From: Rubripirellula sp.
GTDB taxonomy: Bacteria > Planctomycetota > Planctomycetia > Pirellulales > Pirellulaceae
Reading direction: 5' to 3'
Length of the DNA stretch: 64,000 nucleotides
NCBI GenBank assembly: GCA_965216875.1
Contig: OZ244207.1
Span: 1,664,001-1,728,000 of the forward strand
Part shown: positions 19,274-28,266 of the stretch, piece by piece
How positions within the stretch are numbered: position 1 is the first letter of the stretch
Layout: each line of letters starts with the position of its first letter
Notes under the pieces: generated by a model
Databases searched by the model: none
The model's input: only the letters and a program-made list of their open reading frames with translations
Told to the model about the DNA's origin: nothing
Program-made: the position numbers and the translations under genes

Positions 19274-20382
19274 ATTGGCAACAGCTAAGTCGATTGAGCC
19301 TTGACGGCGTCATTGATTGGTGCGAATCGCAAGATTGGTGCCAAGCGATGTCGTCGTGCGCTCAGGATACGGCTTGGCATGCCGAGGGGGACGTCTGGAC
19401 TCACACCAAGATGGTCTTTCGGCAGTTGAGTGAGCTTGAGGGCTGGAGGGAACTTCCTGAGACGCATCAGACGATCCTGACCTTTACAGCCCTCTTTCAC
19501 GATTCAGCCAAACCGGCGACGAGCCAGGTTGATCCGGAAACGGGCAAGATTCGATCACCCAACCACGCCGTCCGGGGTGAGCAGCTGGCACGGAACGAAT
19601 TGCGGCGTCTGGAATGTGACCTTTCCACGCGGGAGCAGATCGCGAAGCTGGTTCGTTTTCATGGTCGGCCCGTCTTTTTACAGGAGCGGAGTGAACCGTC
19701 TCATGAAGTTGCCCGGATGTCGTGTTACGTTTCGAATCGACTGCTGCATCTCTTTGCGCTGGCTGATCACCGCGGGCGCACCACCGCGTCTTCTGACCGC
19801 TCCGAAGAAAACCTGGCTTACTGGTTGCTGCTAGCCGAGGAGCTTGGCTGTGCAGATGATGTGTTTGCTTTTGCGAATGACCACGCGCGGTTCTCGTTTT
19901 TCCGCCAGCAAGAACCGAACCTGCACTACGCTCCGTATGCTGCGCGGTCTTGCCGCGTCACGATGATGGCAGGCGTTCCTGGGACGGGAAAAGACACTTA
20001 CCTGACCCGAAACCACGAGGACTTGCCGGTCGTTTCGCTTGACAACATTCGCCGCGAGATGAAAGTTGATCCGACCGACGAACAAGGTGCGGTGATTCAG
20101 ACCGCTCGTGAGCAGTGTCGCGAGTACCTACGCGGAAAGAGGTCGTTCGCGTTTAACGCGACGAACCTGTTGAAGGTGACCCGAGCGCGTTGGATTGACC
20201 TCTTCGCCGATTACGACGCCGAGATCGAGATCATCTATCTCGAGCCACCGCTGCATCGAATCCTGACACAAAACAAGAATCGGGATCACTCTGTGCCCGA
20301 GTCGGTGGTTCGCAAGATGTTAGGGCGGGTCGAGCCGCCAACGATTGCAGAAGCGCACCGAGTGAGATGGATCGCGCAATAA
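19270..20382 (+). CDS. HD phosphohydrolase fused to a P-loop polynucleotide-kinase-like (AAA_33) domain
   Basis: [49 protein letters not shown] overlap with the ligase. Confidence 0.88.
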   Translation: MNWQQLSRLSLDGVIDWCESQDWCQAMSSCAQDTAWHAEGDVWTHTKMVFRQLSELEGWRELPETHQTILTFTALFHDSAKPATSQVDPETGKIRSPNHAVRGEQLARNELRRLECDLSTREQIAKLVRFHGRPVFLQERSEPSHEVARMSCYVSNRLLHLFALADHRGRTTASSDRSEENLAYWLLLAEELGCADDVFAFANDHARFSFFRQQEPNLHYAPYAARSCRVTMMAGVPGTGKDTYLTRNHEDLPVVSLDNIRREMKVDPTDEQGAVIQTAREQCREYLRGKRSFAFNATNLLKVTRARWIDLFADYDAEIEIIYLEPPLHRILTQNKNRDHSVPESVVRKMLGRVEPPTIAEAHRVRWIAQ

Positions 20383-20417
20383 ACGGTCGGTTCGCGCCAA
20401 GTTGCCGACTGATTTCA

Positions 20418-20834
20418 TCAACCGGGAAACGCGCCCGTCGCAAACCGCACGAGCTGGATGACCCACGCGACACTTAGCGTCAGCATCCAGGCGTGTAACC
20501 AGCGTGACGAAAGGGCAATGCGTTTTTTTCGAAACGGCGAAACGATGATGGCGCCGACCGTTGCTAGAAGCAGCCCCAACATCGGCAAGGCCAACGGGTT
20601 CCAAGCCAACGAGGCTTGCCAGTCTCCCGCGGCCATTGCTGTGATCGCGCGCGTTCCCCCGGTCGTCGGGCAGGGCAAACCAGTGATCGACAACCACAAC
20701 GATGGCGCGAGCTGGTTCATCACGAGGTGCAACGCGTTCCATCCGGCGTAGACGACCAAGCACGCAGCGGCAGCGCATTTCAATGCGGATGTCTGCCGCT
20801 CGCTCGGTCGGTCGGAATGCGCTGTCGTGCTCAC
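20418..20834 (-). CDS. DUF2752-like membrane protein
   Basis: ITGLPCPTTGGTRA...GDWQASLAWNPL motif and TM helices. Confidence 0.8.
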   Translation of the reverse strand: MSTTAHSDRPSERQTSALKCAAAACLVVYAGWNALHLVMNQLAPSLWLSITGLPCPTTGGTRAITAMAAGDWQASLAWNPLALPMLGLLLATVGAIIVSPFRKKRIALSSRWLHAWMLTLSVAWVIQLVRFATGAFPG

Positions 20835-20957
20835 GCTACAGTTCGCCTGAGGATGGTGGGCGTAGTGGAACAGGTTTTGCCCGTCGTTCCTGGGCGCCGA
20901 AACTGGGCGTCGATGTTCGATGGCCCAGTTGGGTCAAGGACGGGCTGGTTCAAATCC

Positions 20958-21095
20958 CTAGCTCTTCGGCGCGGCTTTCGTGGAATCAAGAACGAAAGGA
21001 AGCCAGCACAACGGCAGGCAAACGAAGATCAGAATGATGAAGACGATGACGCCCGATTGATTGAGTCCAAGAAAGACTTCTTCACCTTGTGGCAT
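20958..21095 (-). CDS. 45-aa small single-TM protein (not in the ORF track)
   Basis: SD AGGAG just upstream of ATG; MPQGEEVFLGLNQSGVIVFIILIFVCLPLCWLPFVLDSTKAAPKS; codirectional with the DUF2752 gene. Confidence 0.65.
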   Translation of the reverse strand: MPQGEEVFLGLNQSGVIVFIILIFVCLPLCWLPFVLDSTKAAPKS

Positions 21096-21270
21096 GGGGA
21101 TTCTCCTGAAGAGTTGAAAGCGTTTGTCAGCCTAATAGGTCCTATTGTGCGCGAAATGGGGCGCGCAAATGTGCTCGCCGTGCATTTGGGTGGTAGGGAT
21201 CTCGCCATTGGTTGTGTTCATGCGTACAATCCCCGCTCGGTTTGTTAACACTTGATGAGGAATGGGAAAG

Positions 21271-21621
21271 ATGGCGAAAAAGATCGACTGGAGCTATCAC
21301 CGCAAGGGCTGAACGTCCTGCACTCGCGCGCAAGAGTTTCTTGCGCCCCGCAGCGTGTCCACCAAGGAAGAGGTGGATGCAAGAAAAGTTCGCATGGCAG
21401 GTGACGAGGCACTTGGGCTGCTCGAAGGGATGAGCAAACTCGTGGTTGCCAAAGGGAAAAAGGTTACCACGGTGAGTCTGAAAAAGGACCGCCCTGAGGA
21501 TGACGAGTTGATCAAAATGATGCTCGGCCCAACAGGCAACCTTCGCGCCCCTACAATGAAGGTCGGCAAAACCGTCCTGGTGGGTTTCAACGATGATCTC
21601 TACCAGGAAGTGTTTGGTTGA
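21271..21621 (+). CDS. ArsC/Spx-like thioredoxin-fold selenoprotein (in-frame UGA, UxxC)
   Basis: MAKKIDWSYHRKG-UGA-TSCTRAQEFL continues in frame into the 88-aa ORF ending LRAPTMKVGKTVLVGFN; TGA at 21310-21312. Confidence 0.85.
21321..21357 (+). promoter_or_regulatory. putative bacterial SECIS element
   Basis: GCGCAAGA-GTT-TCTTGCGC stem (21328-21346) with a G-starting apical loop 23 nt after the UGA. Confidence 0.65.
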
Positions 21622-21989
21622 GCCCCATCTCTTAATATGTCGTCAGCTGCTCCCAAAGCTGACACGTGGATACAGCCTGTCTGGCTGGGCCGTCGACATT
21701 CGGACGCGTCGACTTTAGCCAATCCGCATCTATCTGAGCGAATTACTAGGTAGGCCTTGCAAAGGGTTAATACTTTCCTGGCACACTCCGACCACTGGAT
21801 TTCGGGTCGCGTGTGGCCGATGAGTAATTAACGCACAATCGTCATGTTCCCTACCCTTGGCACAGCTTGCGTGTTTTAAAGTCAGCAATAGCCGTGGGGC
21901 CCCACGCTCCGAAAACTAAGATGTCGACAAATACTACACGATCGCCCTCGTTTGCTCAGCCTGTCTTATCGGTTGAGAGTGAGCAGCAA

Positions 21990-22343
21990 ATGAACATTCC
22001 AGCACAGCGCATTCCATGGCTGAATTATTGCGAGACGGTTCGTGGCTGTTATGGGGGCGATGCCGTCGACTTAGAGCGTCAAATTGCCGTTGCCTTGCAG
22101 CAACTGTCGCATCATTCCTGCACCGAAACCATCATGGAAGTAAGAGCGTTATTGCGAGTCCGTTTGGCTCTGGCATCCACGCTGCAGGAACGTGCGCGGT
22201 TACGTAAGTTGTATGGCAGCTATTTGATCTTGTGGCCGGAACTGATGGAGCCAGTTGACGGATGCGCGAGCTTGCTTGGTGACGTGACGAGTGAAGTGTC
22301 GGATCATGCCACGCGTTTGCTCAGCCCCCACGGGACTAACTAG
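21990..22343 (+). CDS. hypothetical helical protein (about 117 aa)
   Basis: ORF convergent on the 1074-aa gene with an 8-nt overlap; start uncertain (21867, 21921 or 21990). Confidence 0.5.
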   Translation: MNIPAQRIPWLNYCETVRGCYGGDAVDLERQIAVALQQLSHHSCTETIMEVRALLRVRLALASTLQERARLRKLYGSYLILWPELMEPVDGCASLLGDVTSEVSDHATRLLSPHGTN

Positions 22344-25300
22344 ATTGGTTCGCTCGGCGATTCTCACCATATTTTTGAGCGAGTTCGTGCATTCGCCGGG
22401 CGCCCAAGCGAGTGGCGATGTCCCAGAGGTTTCTTGAGATTACGATCTCTTTGCTCAGGATCTCTCGTCTGCACATCGAAAGCGGAGACCGTACACGGTT
22501 GGCCAAAGGGTCAATTTGGAATTCGGACCAACGTCGTGTTCTCTTGCCTTTGAGTGTTGCGGAGAAAATGATACTTCCCTGAAAGCTCTTGCCATCCAGA
22601 TCACGAAACGTATGCACGCGACGGTTTTCGTGTGAATCCGGGATGATCGTTTCAAAATAGTGGGCAACGTGTTCACAAATCAGCAGCAACTCGTCAGTTG
22701 CCGCACCTGGATGGGGTGTCGCGCGCGCGGGTTCAACATTTTCAAAAGCTTGATTGATCAACGCGCTTTCCGGTCGCCTGTCGAGCAGGCGTGTCCGAGC
22801 ATGGAAGTCTACAAATACTGCGAAGGCGCGATCGACTTCGCTGTGATGCATGTCCTCAAATTTTGTCATTGCGTGCCGTGCAGCATGTTCGAATAAGTCC
22901 GAACAGTTATGATCGACAATTCTCTCCTGAAGAATGTAGTGACGTCGAAAATACTTTCTGAACCAGCGGTAGCAGTCTTTTTGCAGGTCTCCCAGGTCGC
23001 GTGTGTCCGTGGGGAAAACGTTCCCTAAAGCACGTTGCCGCACACTATCCCAAGAGCTTGCGTTGATGAGTTCGTCGTAGGGGACGTTGTGCATCACTTG
23101 TGACACGTAATAGGTCGCGATGAACACCGTAACATAGGTTTCGAGAGCAGCATAAAACAGGTCTCTTGGATGATTGCGATTGGCATAGGGACTGAGAGAC
23201 AGCTCTGCAAATGTGACACGCCAAAATAGTCTCCAGTCGCCCTTGAAAACGAACAAGAGCACCATGCATTGAACGAAAAGCTCTTCTTGGCGACTCCAAA
23301 GCGCGAGTTGTTGGCTGCGCGTTAGATCTGCGGCCGAGTTAGGGAGTCCGCGTGGTGTTCCGTAGCATTCCGACACCGTGTGAAAGCCTTCATGCAAGCA
23401 TTCCAGGTAGCCGAACCCGTTGAAGAGGGTAGAAAAGTCGAGGCGGACACGAGTCAAACTTGGATAGGGGGCATCCTCGGGGGTTCGCGGGCGTCGACGC
23501 ATTTGACTGCAGATCACGCTTCGCGAGAGCAGCGTTCGAGGATTTTCAGACAGCTCCAAAATGCCCCCAAGACGCGATCGAACGTAACGCTGATCCAATG
23601 CGCGAACGACGCCTATTGAACACTTTAGTGCCGAGTCGGCACAGCGAATGTACTTTGCACAATTGGTTTGCCAGCCATATCGCGAGGCGTCGCTTGAGGA
23701 ATGCGGATAGATCCGACTTCGAAGCGTTTGCCAGAACGCTGCGATATTGACTTGCAACTCTTCGACTATCAACTCTTCCGAGAAAGCGCTCCGTTGGTTG
23801 GGAGTTAGCTGGTCAACCCAGGCCATCAGGTCGACAGTGAGGATCTCGTAAAAGGTCGCCAGCCCGTCGTACATGTCGACCACTTGATGCGCGACGCTAT
23901 GATCAGAAATCAGCAACGCGTATTCTTCAAAAAACGAGATGATCGCGCGTCGCAACGTACGCGGTAGTTGTAGCTTCTTCAACGACAGAGAGAGTTTCGA
24001 CAGCTCGAAACCGGGGGAATCATCAGGCAGTGCGCGATCGTAGCTGAACAAACCTTGCCCAATCTCCCAATAGTATTTCAGCAACTCCGGAGAATCGCCG
24101 CCGGACGGTACTTGATGCTGGCCCAAGAGCGACTCGACGTACTCGCGTTGCGTCAAAGGGATTGGAACGGGCAAACTCAAGACGCTATTGAGCCCTAAGA
24201 CTCCCGTCTCACTGGCGCCATCCTGGATCGGATGACCATTCGGATAGAGTCCAAGCTGGCGATAGGCTGCGCTGCTCAGATGGATCAAACTCCGAGTCGG
24301 CATGAATGTTCGTTGGACATAAGAGCCGTGATCGCCCTCTCGTTCACCGTCACGCTCTCGTCGGCTACGTGGCCAAGTGAAGATCAAATCACGAGCACCA
24401 ACCGTGCAGACGGCATAGTCTTTGCCGGTATTGAGATTGATTAGATCCGGGCGATTGACTGCGTCGCTTTTGACTAACTGGTGATGGACTCGGTTGATTT
24501 CTTGGTAAGCGCCAGGCACAAGTGACACGTCAACGCGCGAGTCGACAACACCTTGCACTTCAGATTGATCCGCATCGGCAGTGAACACTTCTGGTGAAAC
24601 GCCCATGGTTGTATGCGTCGCGCTAAGCAATTGCGCATTACCGAGCTGAGAGATCGCTCCTGCTTGGCCTAGCTCGGAATCGTCGACGTACTTCTGGCCA
24701 AATGGCGACGCACGAATCATGTCGTCAAGCGGAAGGAATGGACGTAGGTCAGTCAATCGCAACTGGCGCAGGGCGAGCAGGACGGATGCAATAACCGAAT
24801 AATTGCGTCCGAAGAACACCATTGCGATGTCTGTGTCACCCTGGCCGTGCAGCAGAGCGATCTTATTCGAGTGGTTGACCGTGCTGGTCGCCGGTAACGC
24901 AACCGAGTCAAATTCCTTCTCTAATGCGATGAGCGTCTTTGCTGTCGAGACGGCAATCAGCTTCGTGATCGCTTCGGTCATTCGCTGCCCGCCTAGGTGT
25001 TCTGCGACTCCAGACAGGTTGATTTCAGCGACTGCAGCGAGCGGAAGTCCAGTTCGTGATAAGGAGGTTTCGTTGGCACCAGGACTGAACAAAGATCTGA
25101 AGTCGCAAAAGACCGACAGGCGGCCTAGTTCGGTTGATGTCAGAAGGTCTTTGAGGGATTCTCGTATGCTATCGACCCGAGGACAGAACCCGAGAATGTG
25201 CTTGTCGCAGTTTGCGTTGGCCTTAATCCCTATCGTTGTTGCCGCGTCGACTTCATCTACCAGACAAAGTCCGATTGCATCCGAGTTTCCAAAAACGGAA

Positions 25301-25560
25301 AAGTAGCAGGGGCGATAAAGATAGTCGTCAAAGCGAGTTTCGGCCTCTGTATATTCGATCCCGTGTTTCTTTTGCTCCGCGATGAACTGATCCTGGCGAT
25401 CGACCAGTGTTGCTCGGTACGCTGCGATCGACTCAGAAAATCGGCTTGGTCCGCTTCCAACAAAGGGATCGTACTTATTCGTCTTTCCCCTTAACCGCAC
25501 CGATGTTGCGTCACTGAACCACGTAATCAGTGCAGCGTAGTCCTCGTATTGAAGATTCAT
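22336..25560 (-). CDS. 1074-aa uncharacterised protein: tandem Lrp/AsnC-like (GxxD) domains plus an HExxH...E metallopeptidase-like region
   Basis: VFGNSDAI, GQGDTDIAMV, VSLVPG...TVGARDLIF...GVLGLNSVL; CLHEGFH followed by QEELFV. Confidence 0.75.
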   Translation of the reverse strand: MNLQYEDYAALITWFSDATSVRLRGKTNKYDPFVGSGPSRFSESIAAYRATLVDRQDQFIAEQKKHGIEYTEAETRFDDYLYRPCYFSVFGNSDAIGLCLVDEVDAATTIGIKANANCDKHILGFCPRVDSIRESLKDLLTSTELGRLSVFCDFRSLFSPGANETSLSRTGLPLAAVAEINLSGVAEHLGGQRMTEAITKLIAVSTAKTLIALEKEFDSVALPATSTVNHSNKIALLHGQGDTDIAMVFFGRNYSVIASVLLALRQLRLTDLRPFLPLDDMIRASPFGQKYVDDSELGQAGAISQLGNAQLLSATHTTMGVSPEVFTADADQSEVQGVVDSRVDVSLVPGAYQEINRVHHQLVKSDAVNRPDLINLNTGKDYAVCTVGARDLIFTWPRSRRERDGEREGDHGSYVQRTFMPTRSLIHLSSAAYRQLGLYPNGHPIQDGASETGVLGLNSVLSLPVPIPLTQREYVESLLGQHQVPSGGDSPELLKYYWEIGQGLFSYDRALPDDSPGFELSKLSLSLKKLQLPRTLRRAIISFFEEYALLISDHSVAHQVVDMYDGLATFYEILTVDLMAWVDQLTPNQRSAFSEELIVEELQVNIAAFWQTLRSRIYPHSSSDASRYGWQTNCAKYIRCADSALKCSIGVVRALDQRYVRSRLGGILELSENPRTLLSRSVICSQMRRRPRTPEDAPYPSLTRVRLDFSTLFNGFGYLECLHEGFHTVSECYGTPRGLPNSAADLTRSQQLALWSRQEELFVQCMVLLFVFKGDWRLFWRVTFAELSLSPYANRNHPRDLFYAALETYVTVFIATYYVSQVMHNVPYDELINASSWDSVRQRALGNVFPTDTRDLGDLQKDCYRWFRKYFRRHYILQERIVDHNCSDLFEHAARHAMTKFEDMHHSEVDRAFAVFVDFHARTRLLDRRPESALINQAFENVEPARATPHPGAATDELLLICEHVAHYFETIIPDSHENRRVHTFRDLDGKSFQGSIIFSATLKGKRTRRWSEFQIDPLANRVRSPLSMCRREILSKEIVISRNLWDIATRLGARRMHELAQKYGENRRANQSS

Positions 25561-25599
25561 TCAGGGCAGTCGCAAGTGAGGGTGATTGTGGGACGCGGA

Positions 25600-26130
25600 C
25601 TACGGATCCAAATCTTCACTATCAGAAAACTGAACGTCTTCAAATTCCTCTGGGTGTAGCCCAGGAATACCCTCCGAAATCACTCCACCAAGTGCGCCAA
25701 GCACAGGAACATCGCCAACGCTCGGAGTCACTGCGGTGGGGATGGGTGGCCAGCTTGACGGTGATGAAGTGTTCGCGAGCTCGGTATTGAATGCGGCGAC
25801 CGCCGAATCGAATTCAGAATCGCCCGACCTGACATCCTCATAGTCATCGAGCCAAACTTTCAGGTCTCGCGAAATCACTGCAGGCAGCTGGTGTTCATTC
25901 GCCATTACGGCAGAGGCGTAGGCAAATGCGACGTGGTCAGAGAGTTGGGCGTCGGCATAGGCAAGCTGGCGCAGTCGCCGAAGTGTTGCTAGCACAGCCA
26001 AGAGTGTGTTTGTCGTCAGGCCACCCCGAGCAAGCAACTTGTTCGCCGCTTTAATGACAGCATCAACTAGCGGCATGAGTTGGGGGGGCACCACGAGTGT
26101 TTCCTCAGACGAAAAGCTGGAGTATATCAT
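25600..26130 (-). CDS. hypothetical protein (helical core, Pro/acidic tail)
   Basis: 176-aa ORF that overlaps the upstream gene and ends 39 nt before the next one. Confidence 0.65.
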   Translation of the reverse strand: MIYSSFSSEETLVVPPQLMPLVDAVIKAANKLLARGGLTTNTLLAVLATLRRLRQLAYADAQLSDHVAFAYASAVMANEHQLPAVISRDLKVWLDDYEDVRSGDSEFDSAVAAFNTELANTSSPSSWPPIPTAVTPSVGDVPVLGALGGVISEGIPGLHPEEFEDVQFSDSEDLDP

Positions 26131-27280
26131 TTCGATCGCGTTTCATGTCCTTTAGACACTCTTCGTAGTTGTCGCTGTCATTGCATTTTTTGATTTGTTT
26201 TCCGTATTGTTGGATTTGACGCAAAAAACCGTCAAACGTAACACCGAGCTCCGTGATCAGCTTACACAGGTTTTTTACCTGAGTCTTGGTCGTCTTCTTA
26301 GGATTATCCGGTGTCGTCGCGACAAGCGTGGTCAGTTGTTTCACCGCATCCATGAACTTTTCCACAAGGATAGGCCCGGGCGGGATAGGCTCGGACCCAT
26401 CTGTAATGAGGCGCTCGATGATTTCCCATTTGCGCAGATTGGCGTCTTCAACGTCAAGATCGCCCAGCAACGCGGTGATTCGTGTGTCCCATTGGTTGAG
26501 CGCGTTTTTCAGGACAATGAAGGGTACGTCTGAATCCATCTGGGACTTGAGATACTGCGTGGCTGTGGTGTGGACGGAATTCAAGACACTTGCTAATTCA
26601 ACCATCAACGCCATGTCATTGATGACCGCCTGTTTGACCTCCAGTTTTTCCTTCATCACTTGAGCGACTTGGTCAAGTCCCAGGGTGTGGTTGGGGGCCA
26701 CCGTCTCAAAATTGCCCAAAAAGCCTTCTGAGACGCGGCGGATGGGAACAACGTCAACCCGTTGACCGTTTAGTTCACAAACCATCCCAACGACCGAATC
26801 GTTGCTGGCGTCGATGACGGGCGTGCCAACGACAAGGTCGCCATCGACAGCATCGAGCCTGAGAGAGAAAATCCCAGAACCGAATTGCGAGTCGATACCC
26901 ATCTCTGGCCGTTCTAGGACCCTGTTATGAAGCTTGCCATCACGCAGTACGTAGCAGTACAGATCGCCTTCTTCTGGAACGTTTGCAGTCTTGAGCTCGC
27001 TGATCGCTTGCGTTTCGCCATTGTCACCGATTCGGCGTAGCAAGCAGTAGTCGAGGCTGTTGTCGCGTGCTGCTACCCAGTCGACCAGCTCAAAACTTCC
27101 TAGGTCGCCGTTGTTGCCCCGCACCTGGAATTCGCCATAGGGAGGTTTGTCGGCGAGTTCACGTAGATGTCCAGCAACCGAGATCAGATGCGTGTCGTTG
27201 ACAAAAAAGCCGAGCGCCTGGACCGGATTGGCGTGGACGCTCTTTTCCTCGACAACGACCGGTGTGCCACAATTTCCCAT
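26105..27280 (-). CDS. trypsin-like (probably inactive) domain plus C-terminal helical domain
   Basis: LGFFV...LISVAGH (His), LDYCLLR (Asp), VVGTPVID...VVGMV where GxSGxPV would be expected. Confidence 0.7.
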   Translation of the reverse strand: MGNCGTPVVVEEKSVHANPVQALGFFVNDTHLISVAGHLRELADKPPYGEFQVRGNNGDLGSFELVDWVAARDNSLDYCLLRRIGDNGETQAISELKTANVPEEGDLYCYVLRDGKLHNRVLERPEMGIDSQFGSGIFSLRLDAVDGDLVVGTPVIDASNDSVVGMVCELNGQRVDVVPIRRVSEGFLGNFETVAPNHTLGLDQVAQVMKEKLEVKQAVINDMALMVELASVLNSVHTTATQYLKSQMDSDVPFIVLKNALNQWDTRITALLGDLDVEDANLRKWEIIERLITDGSEPIPPGPILVEKFMDAVKQLTTLVATTPDNPKKTTKTQVKNLCKLITELGVTFDGFLRQIQQYGKQIKKCNDSDNYEECLKDMKRDRNDILQLFV

Positions 27281-27402
27281 TCGTCAGATGCCCGCAAATT
27301 TCAAGCGACTACTTCATGTTGTCACCCCGCATTGCACACAAAATCGCCGCGTCATTTGGGGGCTGCCAACAAGTTTACGCAATCACAAAAACGCCGCAAG
27401 CA

Positions 27403-28266
27403 TCATTGGCGATGACGAGAGGGAAGTAGGGCAACTTGGGCCTGAATCGCGCGGAGCTCCTCTTTATACATTCGTACACTCTCCAGGTCCGTCCGGATCG
27501 CTACGGCCAACTTCGCATAGGGCTCAAAGATGATTGGATCTCGGATTTGGCCCGCTTCCTCAGGTCCCAGTCGACGATGCACGTAATGTGCAATCGTGCG
27601 ATGCTTCTCGCTGGGCCGAAAATGCCGGCCTATTTCGTCCATTGGCGACCGATACGTATTGATGCATAACACCGTGATCGCCTGTGAAAGTTGGGGCCAG
27701 TTATCGAGTTCGATGCAATCTGCGGGGATCGGTGCGTTTCTTATGACATCTGCAAGTGCCCTTCGCTCCTCAAGTAGCCGCCAAGCTTTACTATCTTCGA
27801 AAGTAGCAGCGACTTGCTGGGGGCCGGCAACCTGTTCCAACAATCTGCTGATCATTTCATCTTCCTCGGCATCGCTCCCAAATAACTCGGTCGTCAATGA
27901 CTCAAAGTTTGCAATCGCCGCTTCAATGCGGCGATGATTCCAAACTAAGAAGTCAAGGCTTCGCTTGATAGAGTCAGCTGTGCGTTGTTTGCGCAGGAGG
28001 CCCTCGACCAGCCAGATGGCGGCGGCAAGTTGCAACAACGCGACGGCAGCACTTGGCGCGTAGGCCAGTAATGCATCGGTGGCCGTCATGCACGAATGGA
28101 TCACATCTGCAACGATCAATCCGAGGGCCACAAGCAGTAGCAGTGCGACCGTCCACAGCAGCCAAGGCTCGCGCACCCCATTGGACCAAGAAAGCCGCTT
28201 CGGTCGAGATTCTGGCTTGCCTGATTCTGTTTGAGTTGACACTGAACACCCGGTCTCTTTGGTCAT
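27403..28266 (-). CDS. hypothetical protein with two N-terminal TM helices
   Basis: 287-aa ORF with two hydrophobic segments followed by a helical soluble domain. Confidence 0.65.
   Translation of the reverse strand: MTKETGCSVSTQTESGKPESRPKRLSWSNGVREPWLLWTVALLLLVALGLIVADVIHSCMTATDALLAYAPSAAVALLQLAAAIWLVEGLLRKQRTADSIKRSLDFLVWNHRRIEAAIANFESLTTELFGSDAEEDEMISRLLEQVAGPQQVAATFEDSKAWRLLEERRALADVIRNAPIPADCIELDNWPQLSQAITVLCINTYRSPMDEIGRHFRPSEKHRTIAHYVHRRLGPEEAGQIRDPIIFEPYAKLAVAIRTDLESVRMYKEELRAIQAQVALLPSRHRQ

Noticed and set aside
21355..21621. 88-aa ORF as a complete gene, or the locus as a nonsense pseudogene
   Set aside because: The in-frame upstream ATG, the UxxC position and the SECIS-like hairpin favour a full-length selenoprotein.
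21857..21873. Sigma-54 promoter TGGCACAGCTTGC
   Set aside because: GG-to-GC spacing is 8 nt rather than the required 10.
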